Shown piece after piece: positions 9,467-19,268 of a stretch of DNA of 64,000 nt (its first letter is position 1; each line of letters begins with the position of its first letter). The DNA comes from an uncultured delta proteobacterium. Lineage in GTDB: Bacteria > Desulfobacterota > Binatia > UBA9968. The stretch spans positions 384,001-448,000 of the forward strand of contig CAVXEP010000029.1 in assembly GCA_963760795.1 (NCBI GenBank). Direction: 5' to 3'. A program made the position numbers and the translations under genes. The notes below the pieces were generated by a model, which worked only from the letters and a program-made list of their open reading frames with translations, ran no database searches and was not told the origin of the DNA.

Positions 9467-10441
9467 TCAACCCAGGTCGCTCGACTCTTTACGGATCATG
9501 TACAGAAAAACCGGCACACCAACCAGTGAGGTGACGATGCCGACCGGCAATTCCGCCGGCGCCATGACGGTGCGCGCTGCGGCGTCACAGAGCACGAGAA
9601 AAATCCCGCCGGAAAAAAATACCAGCGGCAACAAAGTTCGATGATCGGCACCGAAACTCAAGCGGATCATATGCGGCACGATTAATCCGACGAACCCGAT
9701 CAAGCCCGCCACCGATACCGAAATCGACGTCAGCAGCGCCGCGACAATGGCAAAGAGCAGTTGAATGCGACCGGTGCGAACCCCGCTGCTTTGCGCGGTT
9801 TCCTCCCCGAGCAGGAGTATATTTAACTCGGGCGCGAAGTAACAGGCGGTGAGCGCGGCCAGAGGTATGCACGCCAGGGAAACCCAGGTGGTATCCCAAC
9901 TTGTGCTGGAAAAGCCGCCGAGAAAGAAAAATATCAGCGCTTTCAATTCTTCGCCGGCCATCAGCATGAAGATGGCGACCAGCGATGATAGAAACAGACC
10001 GACACCCAAACCTGAGAGCAGCAAACGAAAGATCGAGAATCCGCCTTGGCGATGGCCGAAATAGAAGACCAAGGCGAGGGCGGCCAGCGATCCGGCAAAA
10101 GCGAAGACACTGACGGCGGCGAAGCTCGCCAGCGGCGAGGCAAGCTTCAACACGATCGCCGCGGCTGCGCCCAATGACGCGCCGGAGGAGACGCCGAGTA
10201 GGTAGCTATCGGCGATGGGGTTACGAAACAGACCTTGAAAGATCGCGCCGGCCAGGGCCAAGCCGCCGCCCACCAGGAAGGCCGATAGGACGCGCGGCAG
10301 GCGCAGGTTGAACAAGATTTCTTTATCTGTAGCGGACATGGCAAATAACGAGATCGGCACCGGTCCGATGCTCAAGCTAATCAGGATGACGGCCAAGATG
10401 CATGCGGGGATAAGCCATACATGCAAACTTTGCCGGTTCAC
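9467..10441 (-). CDS. btuC: FecCD/BtuC-family permease
   Basis: LRLPR, FRNPIAD, GVSSGA, IGFVGLIVPH, ELPVG. Confidence 0.88.
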   Translation of the reverse strand: MNRQSLHVWLIPACILAVILISLSIGPVPISLFAMSATDKEILFNLRLPRVLSAFLVGGGLALAGAIFQGLFRNPIADSYLLGVSSGASLGAAAAIVLKLASPLASFAAVSVFAFAGSLAALALVFYFGHRQGGFSIFRLLLSGLGVGLFLSSLVAIFMLMAGEELKALIFFFLGGFSSTSWDTTWVSLACIPLAALTACYFAPELNILLLGEETAQSSGVRTGRIQLLFAIVAALLTSISVSVAGLIGFVGLIVPHMIRLSFGADHRTLLPLVFFSGGIFLVLCDAAARTVMAPAELPVGIVTSLVGVPVFLYMIRKESSDLG

Positions 10442-11364
10442 TTGAACTCCGTTAATAACCGTTGCCCGTCTACGGGTTTACGGAGGAGGCAGCTTTGCAG
10501 CTTTGCCATGCCGTCGATGAACATAATACTGCGGCGAATGTCAGGCTCGTCGATGAAACAGAAGTGGCCGTCGCGCACGCCCTGGATCGACGACCAGCCG
10601 GGACGGCGCGGGAGCGTTTTTACGAACGACGCCTGTTCGGCGAGAAAGATCAGCACTTCGGGATTTCTCTGGATCAGCGATTCCAATCCGACCTGCCCCG
10701 AGTCAAATGACATGTCGCCGAAAATATTGACGCCACCAGCGGCGCTGACGAGCCAGTCGGTGAACGATGCTTTGCCGACGGTGATCAACGGCTCGGTCCA
10801 CATCTGTAAATAGGCGCGCTTTTTCGGCATAGCCTGCGCCTTGGTTGCAATCGCCTGAAAACGTCGCTGCATATCGTCGATAAAGCTCTGCGCTTTATGA
10901 TCCTGCCCGAGCAGCTCGCCGAGAAGCAAGAAATCTTTCACCAAGCCAGCCATGTCACGCGGCCACAGACTTACGACCGCATAGCCCAGATTCTTAAGCG
11001 GCACCGCGAAGCGCTGCTGGGTTGGCCCGTTGGTGAGTATGAGATCGGGTTGGAGCTGGACGATCTTCTCCAAATTCGCGTCGAAGCCGCCGCCGATGAT
11101 TTCAGTTTGCTTGCGCTGGATTCTGCTAACCAATTCCTCGGGAAAAAAGTCGTAACGGGTGCCGCCTTTCAAGCGCTGGCAATCCAACAAGCACACCATC
11201 TCCGAATTCGTCGGCACCAGCGAGACGACCCTGCGAATATCCCGTTTGACAGTGACTTTAAAACCCAGATCGTCGACGATGGTTCTGCTTCCGGCCGCTG
11301 CCAGAGCGACGGAACTTAACAGTGTCGCGAGAGCGTAAATCAATATTATCCTCAGACACTGCAT
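10438..11364 (-). CDS. btuF: Periplasmic cobalamin-binding protein
   Basis: Signal peptide, RVVSLVPTNSE, NLEKIVQLQPDLIL, AGGVNIF. Confidence 0.85.
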   Translation of the reverse strand: MQCLRIILIYALATLLSSVALAAAGSRTIVDDLGFKVTVKRDIRRVVSLVPTNSEMVCLLDCQRLKGGTRYDFFPEELVSRIQRKQTEIIGGGFDANLEKIVQLQPDLILTNGPTQQRFAVPLKNLGYAVVSLWPRDMAGLVKDFLLLGELLGQDHKAQSFIDDMQRRFQAIATKAQAMPKKRAYLQMWTEPLITVGKASFTDWLVSAAGGVNIFGDMSFDSGQVGLESLIQRNPEVLIFLAEQASFVKTLPRRPGWSSIQGVRDGHFCFIDEPDIRRSIMFIDGMAKLQSCLLRKPVDGQRLLTEFK

Positions 11365-11403
11365 ACCTTACATGGCCTTGCGCGCTTTCAAGAATGCTTT
11401 CAT

Positions 11404-13431
11404 CTAGTACTTGAACGACAGACCGGCGAAGACGTTAAACGTCGGCGCGGGAACACGGAACGGTTCGGTGACCAATATACCGGAGGTCGAATACTTTCGG
11501 TTGGTCAAGTTGTTGAAGTTGACGTATCCGGTCCATTGTTTCCACTGATAGGCAACGCGGCTGTTGAGGACAAAATAGTCATTGATCTTCTTGGCTTGAT
11601 TGGGCTCGTCACTCTGCATGAATTGCGAGCCAACATAGTTGCCGAACAGCGAAACGGTTAAGCCTTCGATGGGATAGGTATTGATGCCTACGCCGACACG
11701 GTGGCGCGGCACGAGCGGCAGATCGTCGCCTTTTCTCACCTGGCCGGAAAAGAGCAGGACATCGGTATCAAACGTGGCTTTCATGGCGGTGTAATTGACA
11801 AACGCATCGAGCCACTTTTGGTAACGAGCTTTTAGTGAGAGCTCGATGCCCCGGCGCAAGGTGCGGGAAATATTCTCATTGCGACCGAAGAACAAAAGAG
11901 GGTCCGTGACTATAAAAAGAATCTCATCACGCACGGGCGTGTAAAACAGCGCCAGCGACGCTTCGAGCCAATCTTGCAGCTGAGTTTTGGCGCCAAGCTC
12001 GAAATTACGGCTTGTCATGGCCTTCAGATCTGGATTGGAGCCGAACGGTCCCTGCGCGAATAGTTCGTCGACCGTTGGAATTCGCACTCCCTCTGAGTAA
12101 CTAAAGGAAAAGCTCAAATTCTTCACCGGCGTATACACGAGCCCGGCCTTTGGGCTGACGCGGTCGTAGGTCTTTATACCGCTGAGAGTTGGATCGATTT
12201 CATCAGTAAAGTTTAGACGATCCCAGTCGTAACGGAAGCCGCCATTAAAGACCAACGATTCGAACAGATGAAAACTATCAGTGAGAAAGATACCCGCGAC
12301 ATCTTCCTTAGTCGACCGTAAGTTTTGGAACGTGAAAGCCGGCAAGAAGATCCCCGCGTTAGCTGTGTCGAATTTATTCCGGGTGTATTCGACTCCGAAG
12401 GTCAAAAGATTCTTTTTGTTCAGGATGGCGCCCTCGTGGCTTGCCTGAAGCGTCGTGCCACCGGAATTCGTCTCCGTCTGGAGAGTCGCCTCACTGCTTA
12501 AGCCGCGAGTAAACAGCTCGATATCGTTGCGTCGGAAGAATCCGTTGAGCGCAACTGAGAAACCCATCGGAAGTTTTTGGGTCAAATTGAGCGCGACTTG
12601 ATGGAGATTGTCTTTTTGCTGATCGCCCGGAGTCAGATTGTCGTTCCTATCGACGCGCAGCCGACTAGCCGGTAGCGATCCCGCCTGACTGATATTATCG
12701 AGCACGCGCGTATAGGCGAGGCTGGCGTCGGTGTTGTCGCCGAGCCGATAACCGAGTTTTGTGAGCAGACGCGTGATCGTCGCGCCGGCGTGCCGCGAGC
12801 CGAATTCCTCTCGATAACCGTTGGTCAGCTCGCGCGTGACACCGAAGTAGTAGTCAAAGTTGGGGATCAACGGCAGCGGACCATCGGTGCTGAACGTGTA
12901 TCGTTGCCTGCCGTAGCTGCCGCCGCCGATGTTCATGCCGACGTGCGGCCGGTCCGTGCGCCCGCGCTTGGTCGTGATATTTATGACCCCGGCGAGCGCG
13001 TTGCGGCCAAATACGGTTGCGGTTCCAGGCAAAATCTCGATGCGTTCGATGTCTTCGATCGGTATTAGATTAAAATTGATCGTATTAAAATCGGGTTCAT
13101 TGACTCGGACGCCGTCGACGAAGACGCTGGTTGCCGTCACCGGTTGGGCGTTGAAGCCGCGCATGTCGACGGTCTGCTGAAACTCGTTGCCAACAGCGTC
13201 GTAGAGCACGATGCCGGTTTGATACTGCAGGACTTCTTGAACTGTCTTGGCGCCGAGTTTTTCAATTTCCTCGGCGGTGACGACGATGACTTTGCCGGGA
13301 ACCTGACTCGCCGGTTGTTCGATATCGCGAAGCCGGCTCGAAGTGACCACCACGGGCGGCAGTGTGTCTTGGGTCTGCGATACTGCCGGCGCGCCCAGCA
13401 AAAACAGTAAAACTAAACCTCGTGCCTTCAT
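11404..13431 (-). CDS. btuB: TonB-dependent outer-membrane receptor, cobalamin (BtuB-like)
   Basis: TonB-box region LPPVVVT, plug IERIEIL/GVINITT, beta-barrel with aromatic C-terminus; B12 riboswitch upstream. Confidence 0.82.
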   Translation of the reverse strand: MKARGLVLLFLLGAPAVSQTQDTLPPVVVTSSRLRDIEQPASQVPGKVIVVTAEEIEKLGAKTVQEVLQYQTGIVLYDAVGNEFQQTVDMRGFNAQPVTATSVFVDGVRVNEPDFNTINFNLIPIEDIERIEILPGTATVFGRNALAGVINITTKRGRTDRPHVGMNIGGGSYGRQRYTFSTDGPLPLIPNFDYYFGVTRELTNGYREEFGSRHAGATITRLLTKLGYRLGDNTDASLAYTRVLDNISQAGSLPASRLRVDRNDNLTPGDQQKDNLHQVALNLTQKLPMGFSVALNGFFRRNDIELFTRGLSSEATLQTETNSGGTTLQASHEGAILNKKNLLTFGVEYTRNKFDTANAGIFLPAFTFQNLRSTKEDVAGIFLTDSFHLFESLVFNGGFRYDWDRLNFTDEIDPTLSGIKTYDRVSPKAGLVYTPVKNLSFSFSYSEGVRIPTVDELFAQGPFGSNPDLKAMTSRNFELGAKTQLQDWLEASLALFYTPVRDEILFIVTDPLLFFGRNENISRTLRRGIELSLKARYQKWLDAFVNYTAMKATFDTDVLLFSGQVRKGDDLPLVPRHRVGVGINTYPIEGLTVSLFGNYVGSQFMQSDEPNQAKKINDYFVLNSRVAYQWKQWTGYVNFNNLTNRKYSTSGILVTEPFRVPAPTFNVFAGLSFKY

Positions 13432-13470
13432 GAAACCCTCCTTCTCCCGCGAAAGGGGAACGTTGTGGCG

Positions 13471-13686
13471 GAGCGGACAGGTCTCCTGACTTGAGCATCA
13501 AGCCTAATCGCTGCGTCTTCCCATCGGCGCCGCGCCGACAGTGACTCGATTGCAGCTTTCGTAGCTCTTACAGTTGCGGGGCAGCAGAGGCATTCTCCGA
13601 AAAGCTTGAAAGACGAAGGATGAAATTTCATCCTGCCGTCTATTTCCTTCATTCTTTTGGAGTCACATCTTTCCCTTAGCTCGCTC
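13471..13686 (-). promoter_or_regulatory. Cobalamin riboswitch (upstream of btuB) with long P4 hairpin insertion
   Basis: Minus strand AAGGGAA...CTGCCCCGCAACTGT...CACTG...GGGAAG...AAGTCAGGAGACCTG; P1 GAGCG/CGCTC. Confidence 0.9.
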
Positions 13687-13724
13687 TGCGGTTGATAAGT
13701 CTAGCTACTATGGCCTCCCTAGAT

Positions 13725-14480
13725 TCATCGTTTGGCATTCGAAAGTTGAAATTCGATCGGTATCTTCACCCAAGTCTCCACCGGTTTACCACTGGCGCGG
13801 GCCGGCACGAAGCGCCATTTCTTGAGCGCTTCGGTGGCGGCCTGGTCGAGCATGTCGTGGCCGGAGCTGGTATTGACCTCGATCAATTTGGATCTACCCT
13901 CTTCATCGACAAGCACGCGCAAGAGTACTCGGCCTTCTTTGCCTTCACGCCGGGCGCTATCCGGGTAATGAGGCTGCGGGGTTTCGCGATAGCGGGCTTG
14001 AGTGAAAGGCGCTCCAACTTGTGCCGTTCCTGAACCTTCGCCGTTGCCGGAACCGTTGCCCGAGCCACTGCCCGATCTTCCTCCTGCGCGATTATCTCCG
14101 CCAGGTCCGTTGTCGCTCCCGTAACTGCCACTCGTGTTGTTGGAAGCACCAACTACCGAGACGCCAGTGATCGACGTTTCGATCGTATCAGCGACAGCAG
14201 ACGGAATTTCGGTTGGCAATCGTTCTAACTCGGCGGGGGCCAAGGTCGGCGCGATATCGCCGGTGCGCCCAGGGGGTGTTGTAGCGATGTTCTTCGCAGT
14301 GACTCGATCCGCCGCGGCATGCCCGCCGCCGGAACCTCCGCTGTCTTCAGTTGCGGATTCGATTGGCAAGATCGTCACCATGATGGCGCGCTCAGCTCCG
14401 TGTCCATTCAATGAAATGGGAATCAGGATCGCTGTTGCATGGACTGCGAACGATAGGAAAAAAAATAGTGCCAGCTTCAT
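13725..14480 (-). CDS. tonB: Energy transducer TonB
   Basis: N-terminal TM with SFAVH; C-terminal YPDSARREGKEGRV, SSG, WRFVPA. Confidence 0.9.
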   Translation of the reverse strand: MKLALFFFLSFAVHATAILIPISLNGHGAERAIMVTILPIESATEDSGGSGGGHAAADRVTAKNIATTPPGRTGDIAPTLAPAELERLPTEIPSAVADTIETSITGVSVVGASNNTSGSYGSDNGPGGDNRAGGRSGSGSGNGSGNGEGSGTAQVGAPFTQARYRETPQPHYPDSARREGKEGRVLLRVLVDEEGRSKLIEVNTSSGHDMLDQAATEALKKWRFVPARASGKPVETWVKIPIEFQLSNAKR

Positions 14481-14562
14481 CCGATCTCACTACTGGCCTC
14501 TGGAACATTGACGGGAAAGATTGCGAAACCTTTCTCTCTTCCGCGGAGAGGCCGGCCGATTC

Positions 14563-14709
14563 GCTCTAGGTAGGTCTCCTGGCTTGGGCTTTTCTCTACT
14601 CGCCGCGCCTTCCCGTTCTCTCGAACAGTGGCTTAGTTGCGGCTTTCGTAGCCTTTACAGTGGCGGGACCGCGCCGGAGTTACACCGGTCTTCCCTTTGA
14701 ACCTAGAGC
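14563..14709 (-). promoter_or_regulatory. Cobalamin riboswitch (upstream of tonB)
   Basis: GGTTCAAAGGGAAGACCGGTGTAACTCCGG...CCCGCCACTGT...GCCACTG...GGGAAGG...GCCAGGAGACCT; P1 GCTCTAGG/CCTAGAGC. Confidence 0.95.
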
Positions 14710-14728
14710 TGTGAATTTATGTAGGCGG

Positions 14729-14757
14729 AAACTATAACGTGAAAATATCGCTGTCAA
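14729..14757 (-). promoter_or_regulatory. Sigma70 promoter of tonB-btu-cobQ operon
   Basis: TTGACA-N17-TAGTTT just upstream of the riboswitch. Confidence 0.65.
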
Positions 14758-14834
14758 GGCTTTTGATTTCGTCAACGGGACGATTTCGAGAGTTGAGTTG
14801 GGTTTACGGTGGTCCGAAGACTGTGCAGAGATGC

Positions 14835-15074
14835 TTAGCGCCGGCGAAGAACTTCAGCCATCTGATCCAACGCTCTTTCAAGAGCGCTATAGCTCATCGC
14901 GCAAGTGCGGCACACGCACGCGATGTCGCGCGCTTCGGCGGGAAGCATTTCAAGCACGCCTTGCGGCATAGGGTGGGAGAAACACCAGCAATTCTTCTCA
15001 CCCGCGGCTATACCGCATTGATTATTTTCACCGCAGAGCGGACAACGGTGAGCATCGATGTGCAAAACCTTCAC
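14835..15074 (-). CDS. Cysteine-rich CWC family protein
   Basis: CPLCG-x3-QC, CWC, CVCRTC; GTG start 15074 with GGGAG RBS. Confidence 0.85.
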   Translation of the reverse strand: MKVLHIDAHRCPLCGENNQCGIAAGEKNCWCFSHPMPQGVLEMLPAEARDIACVCRTCAMSYSALERALDQMAEVLRRR

Positions 15075-15101
15075 GATAAAGTCTCCCTGACATTTCCTCA
15101 A

Positions 15102-16100
15102 TCAGAACTCCTCGCCGAAGGCGACCTCGCCGTTGATGCCGATCTGATACGCCGAGGCGCGCCTTTCGAAAAAATTGGTCAACTCCTGCACGTCCTGCAA
15201 ATTCATGAACGAAAAAGGATTTCTCGAGCCGAAGAGCTGAGGCATTCTCAACACCGCCAGGCGCTGGTCGGCGATGAATTCGAGATAGGCGCGCATATCC
15301 CGCAACGACAACCCGGCAATGCCTTGGCTTAGGAGGTCCTCGGCGAAGCTCATCTCGCACTCGATGGCTTGCTCAATCATGAGCGCCACTCGGCGCTCCA
15401 GTTCGGCATCGAAAAGTTCAGCCTCTTCCCGACGGATCGTGGCGATCACTTCGAAGGCGAAGGCGATGTGCGCGCTCTCGTCGCGAAAAACCCAGTTGGT
15501 TCCGGCGGCCAAGCCGTTGAGCAGTCCCTTTGAACGAAGGAAATACACGTAAGCGAAAGCGGCGAAGAAAAAGAGTCCTTCGATGCAGGCGGCGAAACAG
15601 ATCAGGTTCAAGAGAAAACTACGGCGGTCTTCCTGCGTCTGAGTTTCATTCAGGTGATGAAGCGATTCGATCCATTGAAAGCAGAAATCGGCTTTTCGGC
15701 GGATCGAGGGGATATTTTGGATCGCCGCGAAGGCTTTTTCGCGCTCGGTCAGATCGGGAATATAGGTATCCAACAGTGTCAAATAGAACTCTACGTGCAG
15801 CGCTTCCTCGAAAAGCTGGCGCGATAGGTAGACCCGCGCCTCCGGCGAGTTCACATGCTTATAAAGGTTGAGCACGAGATTGTTGGAAACGATCGAATCA
15901 CCGGTGGCGAAGAACGCCACGAGACGATGAATCAAGTGGCGTTCTGCCGGAGTCATTCGGGTGGCGAGATCGGTGATGTCGGTGGCGAAATCTACTTCTT
16001 CCACCGTCCAGGTGTTTTTAATCGCGGTCTTGTACATATCGAAGAAGACCGGGTATTTCATCGGCCGCAGGGTGAGCGAGAAGCCGGGATCCAATATCAT
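15102..16100 (-). CDS. nrdB: Ribonucleotide reductase class Ia beta subunit
   Basis: FFATGD, EEALHVEFY (radical Tyr), EGLFF, RDESAH, NFFE. Confidence 0.95.
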   Translation of the reverse strand: MILDPGFSLTLRPMKYPVFFDMYKTAIKNTWTVEEVDFATDITDLATRMTPAERHLIHRLVAFFATGDSIVSNNLVLNLYKHVNSPEARVYLSRQLFEEALHVEFYLTLLDTYIPDLTEREKAFAAIQNIPSIRRKADFCFQWIESLHHLNETQTQEDRRSFLLNLICFAACIEGLFFFAAFAYVYFLRSKGLLNGLAAGTNWVFRDESAHIAFAFEVIATIRREEAELFDAELERRVALMIEQAIECEMSFAEDLLSQGIAGLSLRDMRAYLEFIADQRLAVLRMPQLFGSRNPFSFMNLQDVQELTNFFERRASAYQIGINGEVAFGEEF

Positions 16101-16120
16101 GAGGCTCTTACCTTTCTGTG

Positions 16121-18532
16121 TTACTGGCAAGCTTCGCAGGAGGTCGGATTTTCCAGCGCGCAGGCCAGGGCTGCATCATCTGGCGCTGCTACGACGGTCG
16201 CTTTGGCGATGCGCGTGGCCGGCCGCGAGCGCAGGTAATAGGTTGTTTTCAGTCCTTTTTTCCAGGCGTACATGTACATCGAAGAAAGTTTGTTGATGGA
16301 GGGGCTTTCCATGAACAGGTTGAGCGACTGGCTCTGATCGATGAACGCGCCGCGGTCCGCCGCCATATCTATGAGTGAGCGCATGGGAATCTCCCACGCG
16401 GTGCGGTAAATCGCTCTGATCTCGGCGGGAATCTCCTCAATGTTTTGGATCGAACCCTCGGCGAGCTTGATCTTGGCGCGGATCTCGTCGGTCCAAAGGC
16501 CCAAGCTTTTGAGTTCGGTGGCGAGATAGCGATTGACCTGGAGAAATTCGCCGGAAAGAGTTTCGCGCTTGAATAGATTGGAAACGGCGGGCTCGATCGA
16601 TTCATAGGATCCGACAATGGAGCCGATGGTCGCTGTCGGAGCGATGGCGATCAGCAGAGAGTTTCTCAAACCGTTTGCGGAAATACGTTGACGCAATTCG
16701 TCCCAGGGTTGGCGGTTCTCAGGAGTGACGCCCCACAGATCGAATTGAAGAGTTCCTTGGGCCACCCGCGTATCATCAAAGTTGGGGTGGCGGCCGAGGG
16801 CGGCGGCAAGATCGCATGACGCCGACAGGGCGTGAAAATAAATTTCTTCCTGAATTCTCTTGGACAGCGCGCGCGCCTCCGGCGCATCGAACGGCAGGCG
16901 CAACTGAAAAAAGACATCTTGCAGGCCCATAATACCCAAGCCCACTGGCCGCCAGCGTTGGTTCGACGCCGCGGCTTCCGCGGTCGGATAGAAATTGATA
17001 TCGATGACCCGGTCGAGATATTTGACTGCGATGCGCACGTTGGCGGCGAGTTGGGCGAAGTCGAAACCGTCGCCGCTGACGTATTTGGCGAGATTGATCG
17101 ACCCCAAGTTGCAAACGGCGGTCTCTGAATCAGACGTGATCTCGACGATTTCCGTGCACAGGTTGGATGAGTGCACCGTTGTTCCCGGCTTGCCTGTCTG
17201 ATTGGCTCGGGCGTTGCAGATATCTTTGAACGTTATCCAGCCATTTCCCGTTTCGGCAAGGGTCTTCATCATGCGCAGGTAGAGCTCTCGCGCTTTCACC
17301 TGGCTTGAGTAAAGATTCTTTACCTCCGCGTCGAGGTAAGCGGACGCGAATTCTTCGCCGTATAGATCGGGAAATTGCGGAACCACCTTGGGATCGAAGA
17401 GCGACCAGAGACTGTCCTCTTCAACTCGCTTCATGAAAAGGTCGGGCACCCAGTTGGCGAGATTCAAATTGTGGGTGCGCCGGGCGCCATCGCCGGTGTT
17501 GTCGCGCAACTCCAAAAACTCCTCGATGTCGGCGTGCCATGTTTCCAGATAGCTGCAACATGCGCCTTGTCGTTTGCCGCCTTGATTCACCGCCGCGACC
17601 GAAGAATCGAGGGTCTTGAGCCAAGGAACGATGCCGTTGGAGAGACCGTTGGTGCTCTGAATGAGCGAGCCGCGCGATCGTATTCGGTGATAAGCGAGAC
17701 CGATGCCGCCGGAGAATTTTGATAGCTTGGCCACGTCGGTGTAGCGGTGGTAAATCGCTTCGAGGTTGTCCTGCGGCGAGTCGAGCAGATAACAGGAAGA
17801 CATCTGCGGATGGCGCGTGCCCGAATTGAACAGCGTCGGCGAGCTCACCATGTATTCGAACGAAGAGAGCAGGCTATAAAATTCCAACGCCTCGCCGACG
17901 CTTTCGGCCAGACCGCAGGCAACGCGCAGGAAAAAGTACTGCGGCGTCTCGATCACTTGGCGGGACTGGGGATCGCGCTGGAGATAGCGGTCGTAAAGCG
18001 TGCGCAAGCCAAAGTATTCGAAGAGATTGTTGCGCTCATCTTCGATCACGTCGTTGAGCTTGCGTGAGTTGGCCGTGACGAACGCCGCGGTTCGATCCGC
18101 GATCAGACCGGCGCGCAGGCCCGCGCCGATCGATTGAGAGAAGGAATGAATATCTTGATTGGCGATCTCCTTATTGATGAAAGTCGCGAGCAAGCGCGCC
18201 GCCAGCTTCGAGTATTCGGTCTCTTCTCCGATCAGCTGCGCGGCGGTCTGAATCGACAGCGTGTCGAGCTCTTTGGTCGTGGCGCCGTCATAAAGACCGC
18301 CGATGGTTTTGGTGGCGATTTTTAACGGATCGATATGCGTCAACCCGACGGAGCAGCGAGCTACTGCGCGGACAATCTTGTTGACGTCGACGGGCTCGAA
18401 GGAACCGTTGCGCTTTTGCACGCGCATGGTTATCTGCGGTTCTCGATCGTTCGGCGTTTGTGAGTGTAGATGGCGCCGTTCAGTGCCTTGGGCGGCTGTT
18501 TGGTTGGGATTGTTAAGCAGGGCTAACGTCAT
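16121..18532 (-). CDS. nrdA: Ribonucleotide reductase class Ia alpha subunit with ATP cone
   Basis: VQKRNG ATP cone, SPTLFNSG, SSCY, SNLCTEI, APTAT, KTTYY, C-terminal CEACQ; ATG 18532 with GAGGAG. Confidence 0.96.
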   Translation of the reverse strand: MTLALLNNPNQTAAQGTERRHLHSQTPNDREPQITMRVQKRNGSFEPVDVNKIVRAVARCSVGLTHIDPLKIATKTIGGLYDGATTKELDTLSIQTAAQLIGEETEYSKLAARLLATFINKEIANQDIHSFSQSIGAGLRAGLIADRTAAFVTANSRKLNDVIEDERNNLFEYFGLRTLYDRYLQRDPQSRQVIETPQYFFLRVACGLAESVGEALEFYSLLSSFEYMVSSPTLFNSGTRHPQMSSCYLLDSPQDNLEAIYHRYTDVAKLSKFSGGIGLAYHRIRSRGSLIQSTNGLSNGIVPWLKTLDSSVAAVNQGGKRQGACCSYLETWHADIEEFLELRDNTGDGARRTHNLNLANWVPDLFMKRVEEDSLWSLFDPKVVPQFPDLYGEEFASAYLDAEVKNLYSSQVKARELYLRMMKTLAETGNGWITFKDICNARANQTGKPGTTVHSSNLCTEIVEITSDSETAVCNLGSINLAKYVSGDGFDFAQLAANVRIAVKYLDRVIDINFYPTAEAAASNQRWRPVGLGIMGLQDVFFQLRLPFDAPEARALSKRIQEEIYFHALSASCDLAAALGRHPNFDDTRVAQGTLQFDLWGVTPENRQPWDELRQRISANGLRNSLLIAIAPTATIGSIVGSYESIEPAVSNLFKRETLSGEFLQVNRYLATELKSLGLWTDEIRAKIKLAEGSIQNIEEIPAEIRAIYRTAWEIPMRSLIDMAADRGAFIDQSQSLNLFMESPSINKLSSMYMYAWKKGLKTTYYLRSRPATRIAKATVVAAPDDAALACALENPTSCEACQ

Positions 18533-18776
18533 GTGAGTCTCCTCTCTAGGTTTGGCTGCGACGATGGACGCGACCGGGGAGGAGGAGCACAAAACTCGTT
18601 TAGTCCCCTGATACAGAAGACAAACTATCCGACTCCGCCCCCCTCGGGCGCAGCTCGGACCATCGTTTGGAAGTGAACGAAAGAAGAAACTACCGCGGAT
18701 TAAAGCTTCGGTAGCATTGCTTCCCACGTCTCTCCCCACGGAGGCCCGGGTCATGTTCCGTGCGGTTGCACGGACC

Positions 18777-18960
18777 GTCGGCAGGTCTTCGGACTCGTAG
18801 GCGCTTAGCCTTCAGAGGCTGTTTTCTACTCGCCGTCGCTTCCCAGCCCATGAGAGAGCCAGTGCTTTTGACGGCTTTCGTTCCTACTTACCGCTGCGGG
18901 GCAGTCCCGGATTCGCACCGGGTTCCCTTTTTCGACGCTTTGAATACAAAGCGTACCGAC
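18777..18960 (-). promoter_or_regulatory. Cobalamin riboswitch (upstream of nrdAB)
   Basis: AAAAGGGAACCCGGTGCGAATCCGGGACTGCCCCGCAGCGGT...GCACTG...GGGAAG...GAGTCCGAAGACCTGCC. Confidence 0.95.
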
Positions 18961-18967
18961 AGTTGCA

Positions 18968-19015
18968 GGTCTATATATAGTAGTCGAATTTTCTTGTCAA
19001 CGCTAAATGTTGTTT
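18968..19015 (-). promoter_or_regulatory. Tandem NrdR boxes overlapping nrdA promoter
   Basis: Cores CTATATATAG (18971-18980) and CTAAATGTTG (19003-19012), 32 bp apart; TTGACA at 19000-18995 and -10 TATATA at N17. Confidence 0.8.
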
Positions 19016-19150
19016 AAAGGATCAACCAGAAGACAACGGGAATGGCTAGAACCGAAATGAGAGTGCTGATGCCCACAATTGACGCGGCGATACGGGATCT
19101 TGGCGGTACTTTTCGGTCAAGATGAAATTGATCACGGCGGCAGGGAGCGC
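19014..19150 (-). pseudogene. C-terminal remnant resembling an AEC-family transporter
   Basis: QFHLD...IAASIVGISTLISVLAIPVVFWLIL-stop with no matching upstream body. Confidence 0.5.
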
Positions 19151-19268
19151 ACCATTGATTTATTTCCAATGGGCAAAAATAAATCCGGCGGCGATCAGCA
19201 TGAAGACTGGGATGACCGGCGCGACGGGCTTGAAAATTTGAATAGTTGGGTCGGCCGGGCGCCATTCT

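Noticed and set aside
18533-18754. 74-aa N-terminal extension of NrdA in the ORF track
   Set aside because: Overlaps the riboswitch expression platform; a strong GAGGAG RBS supports ATG 18532.
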